Positions 61,101-64,000 of a stretch of DNA of 64,000 nt are shown one piece after another. Made by a program: the position numbers and the translations under genes. How positions within the stretch are numbered: the first letter of the stretch is position 1; the number at the start of each line of letters is the position of its first letter. The DNA comes from Ylistrum balloti (lineage: Eukaryota): contig NW_026782164.1 of NCBI RefSeq assembly GCF_031769215.1, forward strand, positions 62,001 to 126,000. Reading direction: 5' to 3'. The notes under the pieces are model-generated. The model made no database searches and had not been told where the DNA came from. It saw only the letters and a list, made by a program, of their open reading frames with translations.

Positions 61101-63707
61101 CAGACATGTAAATGCTGATTGTTTATCTTTGTTACAGACATGTAAATGCTGATTGTTTATCTTTGTTACAGACCTGTTAATGCTGATTGTTTATCTTGGT
61201 TACAGGCCTGTACACATTGATCTTTGTTACAGACCTGTAAATGCTGATTGTTTATCTTTGTTACAGACCTGTAAATGCTGATTGTTTGTCTGTTACAGAC
61301 CTGTAAAAGCTGATTGTTTGTCTGTTACAGACCTGTAAATGCTGATTGTTTATCTTTGTTACAGACCTGTAAATGCTGATTGTTTATCTTTGTTACAGGC
61401 CTGTAAATGCTGATTGTTTATCTTTGTTACAGACCTGTAAATGCTGATTGTTTATCTTTGTTACAGGCCTGTAAATGCTGATTGTTTATCTTTGTTGCAG
61501 GCCTGTAAACACTGTAGCTATAAGACTACAAAGGAGTATAACTGGACTAACAGAGCCATTATTCTGGCAGCAGATTTTGCCAGTAATGGTATCTACAACT
61601 TTGTTGTACCACTACGTTCTCATGCTCGACCTAAATCTAGCCTGAACCCTATTGTGTTAATGCTGGGTAATATGTAAGTATCTTTTAACTGTAATACGTT
61701 GTTTCCATCATGGAAAAGTTATTAATTCATATTTATTTCTTTATAGCACAACAAGTTAAAGATTCTTTTGTGATGTTTAATGATGTAAGTGAGAGTTGAT
61801 AATCACAAATTTGTCACATGCAAATTTTAAATGTGTAAACGTGCCTTGCAAAAAGTCTTATTCACATATGAACTTAGCAACTACGACCTTGACGCAAATG
61901 CTCCATTATCAATGCAAATTGATGTGTGATTGATGAATGACCTATAACGCCATTTATTACTCTGTTGTAGACCAGACACTGCCTTCCTTGACACGATTTG
62001 TCACTTCCCTCTTGTCTTCTGGATGATAGGATCCATTGATTCGTAAGTCAACTAAAAGTACCCTAGTTATCTTACAATATGACATTCCAAGTATATTAGT
62101 TCACATTTCACATGGAGAGAAATCATGTAACTAAATTATCTTTTTTTCATTATGGAAGCAAGATTTCAGAAGATGCTGTATTGCATTGCGATATAAAAAT
62201 AAGGGTGACTGACAAATAAACTTTCCCTTGTTTCACATCTTGAAAAGAGATAAAAAAACTTATGCTTGTTTGTATAACACACAGTATAAGTGACATCATA
62301 GCGACTTGCGTTTCTGTTAGTCCTTACTGTCTATTTGTCTGTTTGTCCTTTCATCTGGTGATAATAGGTCCAGACAGTATTTTTGGTTTCAACTTGGTGA
62401 ATTAAATAACACCATTTATTTCAGTATGTCATCCAAGTTCAATTTTTGGCAAATTTTATTCAACATTACAATAGTTATGTCCCTTCTCTCATTTTTTTGG
62501 TGGCAGGCAAATCACTTTTACCACTGTCTAATGATAATTGGTATTTATATAGCTAAGTAACACAGCAGGATTTCAGAGATCTTTAGAGTTCACTAACTCT
62601 CTATCACTCACTGTGTAATGAATCTAAGAAACACATGTAACATGCAATATTTTTCTCTGATTTTCCAGCATTGACAATCTCCTACAAGCTGGGATAAATA
62701 TGGCTGACAATGTGGTGATTGTGAACAAAGAAACATCAAACTCTGCTGAAGAGGATACATTGTCTGATTGTAACACTATAGTTGGGGTCCAGACCATATT
62801 TAGGTGAGTTTGTTACACTATAGTGGGGGTCTACACCATAATAAAGTGAATTTGTTACACTATAATGGGGGTCCACACCATATTAAGATGAATTTTTTAC
62901 ACTATAATGGGAATCCACACCATATTAAGGTGAATTTGTTACACTATAGTGGGGGTCTACACCATATTAAGGTGAATTTGTTACACTATAGTGGGGGTCC
63001 ACACCATATTAAAGTGAATTTGTTACACTATAGTGGGAATCCACACCATATTAAGGTGAATTTGTTACACTATAGTGGGGGTCTACACCATATTAAGGTG
63101 AATTTGTTACACTATAGTGGGGGTCCACACCATATTAAGGTGAATTTGTTACACTATAGTGGGAATCCACACCATATTAAAGTGAATTTGTTACACTATA
63201 GTGGGGGTCCACACCATGTTAAAGTGAATTTGTTACACTATAGTGGGGGTCCACACCATATTAAAGTGAATTTGTTACACTATAGTGGGGGTCTACACCA
63301 TATTAAGGTGAATTTGTTACACTATAGTGGGGGTCTACACCATATTAAGGTGAATTTGTTACACTATAATGGGGGTCCACACCATATTAAAGTGAATTTG
63401 TTACACTATAGTGGGGGTCCACACCATATTAAGATGAATGTGTTACACTGTTTAAACATTTGTTTTTCAGATGAGAAAAGAACATCTGAGTAGTTTTATA
63501 TTTAAAAAAGGGTGTAGAGAGCTGTCCTTGATTTACTTAAACATGGTTATCCATCTCATGCTATCTTACATGTGTTTCTTTGTAACATTTTCCAGACTAT
63601 TTCCAAGTGCCAATATTATAACGGAGTTATCCCAGTCATCGAACATGAGATTTATGCAATTTAGAGCCAATGACACATACTCCTACACCTTGTCAAAAAT
63701 GGAAAAG
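25533..63707 (+). CDS. KCNT1/KCNT2 (slo-2): Slo2/KCNT sodium-activated potassium channel gene (subfamily T), 21 exons in window, 3' end beyond window
   Basis: The spliced translation follows the Slack/Slick sequence in order: [127 protein letters not shown]. All 20 introns are GT-AG with compatible phases. One-to-one orthology to KCNT1 versus KCNT2 cannot be assigned. Confidence 0.97.
28600..30062 (+). mobile_element. Decayed Penelope-like retroelement (Naiad-type RT), internally deleted
   Basis: Broken frames with [54 protein letters not shown] and [11 protein letters not shown], plus a 3' tail (GGCGGGTGT...ATGCTTACTC). Clade assignment is by motif recall. Confidence 0.8.
31937..32027 (+). 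CDS. KCNT1/KCNT2 (slo-2): KCNT exon (S1): [30 protein letters not shown]
   Basis: cacag acceptor, GTAAGT donor; homology to Slack S1. Confidence 0.95.
33953..36726 (-). mobile_element. Decayed DIRS-type tyrosine-recombinase retrotransposon with inverted terminal repeats
   Basis: Minus-strand fragments in order: RT ([11 protein letters not shown]), RNase H ([21 protein letters not shown]), YR ([10 protein letters not shown]...[12 protein letters not shown]; SISRWI; [14 protein letters not shown]). The ~130-bp ITRs at 33953-34085 and 36584-36726 align as reverse complements. Confidence 0.88.
37439..37531 (+). CDS. KCNT1/KCNT2 (slo-2): KCNT exon (S1-S2 loop): [32 protein letters not shown]
   Basis: ttttccag acceptor, GTAAAT donor, phase 2/2; ends in the conserved INW. 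Confidence 0.85.
38050..39200. mobile_element. Degenerate HINE internal-satellite fragments (both orientations)
   Basis: ggtcaaggccactgttgctatttttagaaa and gaccttgaccct motifs typical of these elements. Confidence 0.4.
39313..39615 (+). mobile_element. Structurally intact Helentron-associated non-autonomous element (HINE)
   Basis: Subterminal inverted repeats GGTCATCTGAC (39319-39329) and GTCAGATGACC (39581-39591), 3' palindrome AGGCCCATGGGCCT followed by CTTGTT, T-rich 5' flank. Confidence 0.85.
39792..39900 (+). CDS. KCNT1/KCNT2 (slo-2): KCNT exon (S2): [36 protein letters not shown]
   Basis: tttcag acceptor, GTAAGG donor; homology to Slack S2. Confidence 0.95.
39970..41195. repeat. 46/48-bp minisatellite, ~26 copies (TAGTTCCCCACAGAGTTTCCTTTATCTGAAGCTAGTGTACCTGTCACC)
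   Basis: Direct reading. Confidence 0.97.
42055..42865. repeat. 69-bp minisatellite, ~12 copies, with a decayed precursor region from ~41560
   Basis: CTAGTGGAAAGGATCAAGGTATTTAGAGGGGTGATTGATGGAGGATGTGGGACAAGCTTTAAGTATAAT. Confidence 0.96.
43817..44800 (-). mobile_element. Second decayed copy of the same Penelope-like RT element (3' part), inverted relative to 28600-30062
   Basis: Minus strand [46 protein letters not shown]; tail nearly identical to 29866-30062. Confidence 0.85.
47800..48210. repeat. 42-bp minisatellite, ~10 copies
   Basis: GTTAAGCTGCACCTGTTAAGTAGCTAGAGAAAAGATTAGCAG. Confidence 0.95.
48860..48934 (+). CDS. KCNT1/KCNT2 (slo-2): KCNT exon (S3): [25 protein letters not shown]
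   Basis: tttcag acceptor, GTAAGT donor, 75 bp, phase 0/0. Confidence 0.95.
49086..49124. repeat. (TA)n microsatellite (others at ~17460, ~32383, ~60016)
   Basis: Direct reading. Confidence 0.9.
49223..49306 (+). CDS. KCNT1/KCNT2 (slo-2): KCNT exon (S4): [28 protein letters not shown]
   Basis: ctacag acceptor, GTAAGT donor; near-identical to the Slack S4 motif. Confidence 0.97.
49392..49814 (+). mobile_element. TRIM with tRNA-like sequence in both LTRs (Helenus-like)
   Basis: Direct repeats 49392-49570 and 49650-49814, each with GGCTCAGTT...GTAGA and GTTCGATTCC-like boxes. The 79-bp interior has a PBS TGGCACCCAACG (49572-49583) and a PPT AAGAGAGGAGTGG abutting LTR2. Confidence 0.8.
49900..49994 (+). 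CDS. KCNT1/KCNT2 (slo-2): KCNT exon (S5): [31 protein letters not shown]
   Basis: ttacag acceptor, GTAAAA donor; homology. Confidence 0.95.
50161..50344 (+). CDS. KCNT1/KCNT2 (slo-2): KCNT exon (pore + S6) with TVGYGD selectivity filter
   Basis: [11 protein letters not shown]...[16 protein letters not shown]...ALIVLPTQ; ttgcag acceptor, GTATTT donor. Confidence 0.98.
51066..51230 (+). CDS. KCNT1/KCNT2 (slo-2): KCNT exon: [32 protein letters not shown]...EFYAHPKLQ
   Basis: aatag acceptor, GTAGGT donor, 165 bp; start of RCK1. Confidence 0.97.
51833..52022. repeat. ~53-bp tandem repeat, ~3.5 copies
   Basis: GTAAATATCATGATAAACTATTTGAGTATGGCATAGTGGTGTAATGG. Confidence 0.85.
53480..54856. repeat. 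33-bp minisatellite (GAAGGTATGAAGGGTAGACTACCTACAGAACCT), ~31 copies from 53826, preceded by a decayed related array
   Basis: Direct reading; source of the [14 protein letters not shown]. Confidence 0.95.
55095..55170 (-). mobile_element. tRNA-derived SINE head (degenerate)
   Basis: Minus strand ...AGCTCCATTGCCTGAGG...GTCGTGGGTTTGAGTCT. Confidence 0.35.
55239..55375 (+). CDS. KCNT1/KCNT2 (slo-2): KCNT exon: [13 protein letters not shown]...[19 protein letters not shown]
   Basis: ttttcag acceptor, GTGGGT donor; RCK1 homology. Confidence 0.97.
56007..56070 (+). CDS. KCNT1/KCNT2 (slo-2): KCNT exon: [21 protein letters not shown]
   Basis: tttcag acceptor, GTAAGT donor. Confidence 0.95.
56711..56819 (+). 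CDS. KCNT1/KCNT2 (slo-2): KCNT exon: [36 protein letters not shown]
   Basis: tttcag acceptor, GTCAGT donor. Confidence 0.97.
57134..57242 (+). CDS. KCNT1/KCNT2 (slo-2): KCNT exon: [36 protein letters not shown]
   Basis: ctccag acceptor, first GTAAGT donor at 57243. Confidence 0.96.
57211..57478 (+). repeat. 51-bp repeat spanning the 57242/57243 exon-donor junction, ~5 copies
   Basis: Unit GTCACTCTCCTGTTACATACCTCCAGAGGCCA|GTAAGTGTGTCCCTCATAA; the first copy is the exon end. Confidence 0.95.
57682..57831 (+). CDS. KCNT1/KCNT2 (slo-2): KCNT exon: [23 protein letters not shown]...[11 protein letters not shown]
   Basis: ttgcag acceptor, GTCAGT donor. Confidence 0.97.
58510..58757 (+). CDS. KCNT1/KCNT2 (slo-2): KCNT exon: FGVSLVGI...[25 protein letters not shown]...SMIASV
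   Basis: gacag acceptor, GTAGGT donor. Confidence 0.96.
58887..59163 (+). CDS. KCNT1/KCNT2 (slo-2): KCNT exon (RCK1-RCK2 linker): GTVALEL...KRPSIAPV...EEEEDD...
   Basis: aacag acceptor, GTATGT donor; GTVA and RPSIAPV motifs conserved with Slack. Confidence 0.92.
59432..60059 (+). mobile_element. HINE-like element with ~3 internal ~160-bp satellite units
   Basis: 5' TTAGCGCACCTGG..., internal repeats (atgaagcctgacaaagtttg / ttaaggtcacaagggtcaaa), 3' CCATGGGGCCTCTTGTTT. Confidence 0.7.
60141..60246 (+). CDS. KCNT1/KCNT2 (slo-2): KCNT exon: [35 protein letters not shown]
   Basis: gacag acceptor, GTAAGT donor. Confidence 0.96.
60608..61515 (+). repeat. 34-bp repeat spanning the 61500/61501 acceptor junction, ~26 copies
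   Basis: Unit ACCTGTAAATGCTGATTGTTTATCTTTGTTACAG; the last copy is the real acceptor plus exon start GCCTGTAAACAC. Confidence 0.96.
61501..61673 (+). CDS. KCNT1/KCNT2 (slo-2): KCNT exon: ACKHCSYK...[29 protein letters not shown]
   Basis: ttgcag acceptor (last of an array), GTAAGT donor; RCK2. Confidence 0.96.
61971..62042 (+). CDS. KCNT1/KCNT2 (slo-2): KCNT exon: [23 protein letters not shown]
   Basis: ttgtag acceptor, GTAAGT donor. Confidence 0.96.
62669..62803 (+). CDS. KCNT1/KCNT2 (slo-2): KCNT exon: [21 protein letters not shown]...TIVGVQTIF
   Basis: ttccag acceptor, GTGAGT donor. Confidence 0.96.
62768..63449 (+). repeat. 42-bp repeat spanning the 62803/62804 donor junction, ~16 copies
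   Basis: Unit TTGTTACACTATAGTGGGGGTCCACACCATATTAAGGTGAAT versus exon end TTGTAACACTATAGTTGGGGTCCAGACCATATTTAG|GTGAGT. Confidence 0.96.
63596..63707 (+). CDS. KCNT1/KCNT2 (slo-2): KCNT exon: [37 protein letters not shown]
   Basis: ttccag acceptor, GTTTGT donor. Confidence 0.96.
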
Positions 63708-64000
63708 GTTTGTATGTCTCCATTCAGTTTTATGTTTAAGAGAGTGAAGTTCTCATTATCCCAATGTAGCAATCATGGAGGTGATATAGCATTTCATTCA
63801 TATGTGCATGCTTATTTTCACTTTTAGTCATCACTCTAGCAACTTCATTTCTCAACTAACTTTGATCAAACATCATTTATTAGTCAAGTACCACAATACC
63901 CTGAACGAATCTGTTTTTTAGTGTGCCAGGTCATCTAAAGGTCACTTACATACTTAGGAGTATACATAAGAACATGTTTTAGTTGATGGTTTTGTCATGA

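Noticed and set aside
39970-63449. CRISPR-like appearance of regular short repeats
   Set aside because: Units are head-to-tail with no unique spacers, the context is eukaryotic, and there are no cas genes.
62804-63493. 229-aa [14 protein letters not shown] repeat ORF
   Set aside because: It starts at the donor GT, in a different frame from the exon; the exon frame stops at TGA 62805-62807.

Overview
AT-rich animal genomic DNA, most likely a bivalve mollusc judging by its repeat families (inference). The window holds most of one + strand gene, a Slo2/KCNT (Slack/Slick-type) potassium channel. I traced 21 exons between 25533 and 63707; all have GT-AG boundaries with compatible phases, and they total 2668 nt (~889 codons), covering S1-S6, the TVGYGD pore, RCK1 and most of RCK2. 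The gene continues beyond the window. A phase-compatible chain of candidate N-terminal exons lies at 18936-22357. The introns carry a decayed DIRS retrotransposon with inverted terminal repeats, two inverted copies of a Penelope-like (Naiad-type) RT element, a tRNA-containing TRIM with a probable solo LTR, several Helentron-type non-autonomous elements, tRNA-SINE relics and many minisatellites (roughly a fifth of the window). Three observations stand out. (1) Minisatellites are repeatedly nucleated exactly on exon/intron junctions of the channel gene, producing arrays of decoy splice sites that lead into stop codons. (2) Four minimal hammerhead-ribozyme motifs delimit ~290-315 nt repeats, as in retrozymes. 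(3) The Asp of the Slack Na+-sensor motif is Gly here. Nearly all long ORFs in the supplied track are artefacts of the tandem repeats. All alignments and counts were done by eye.
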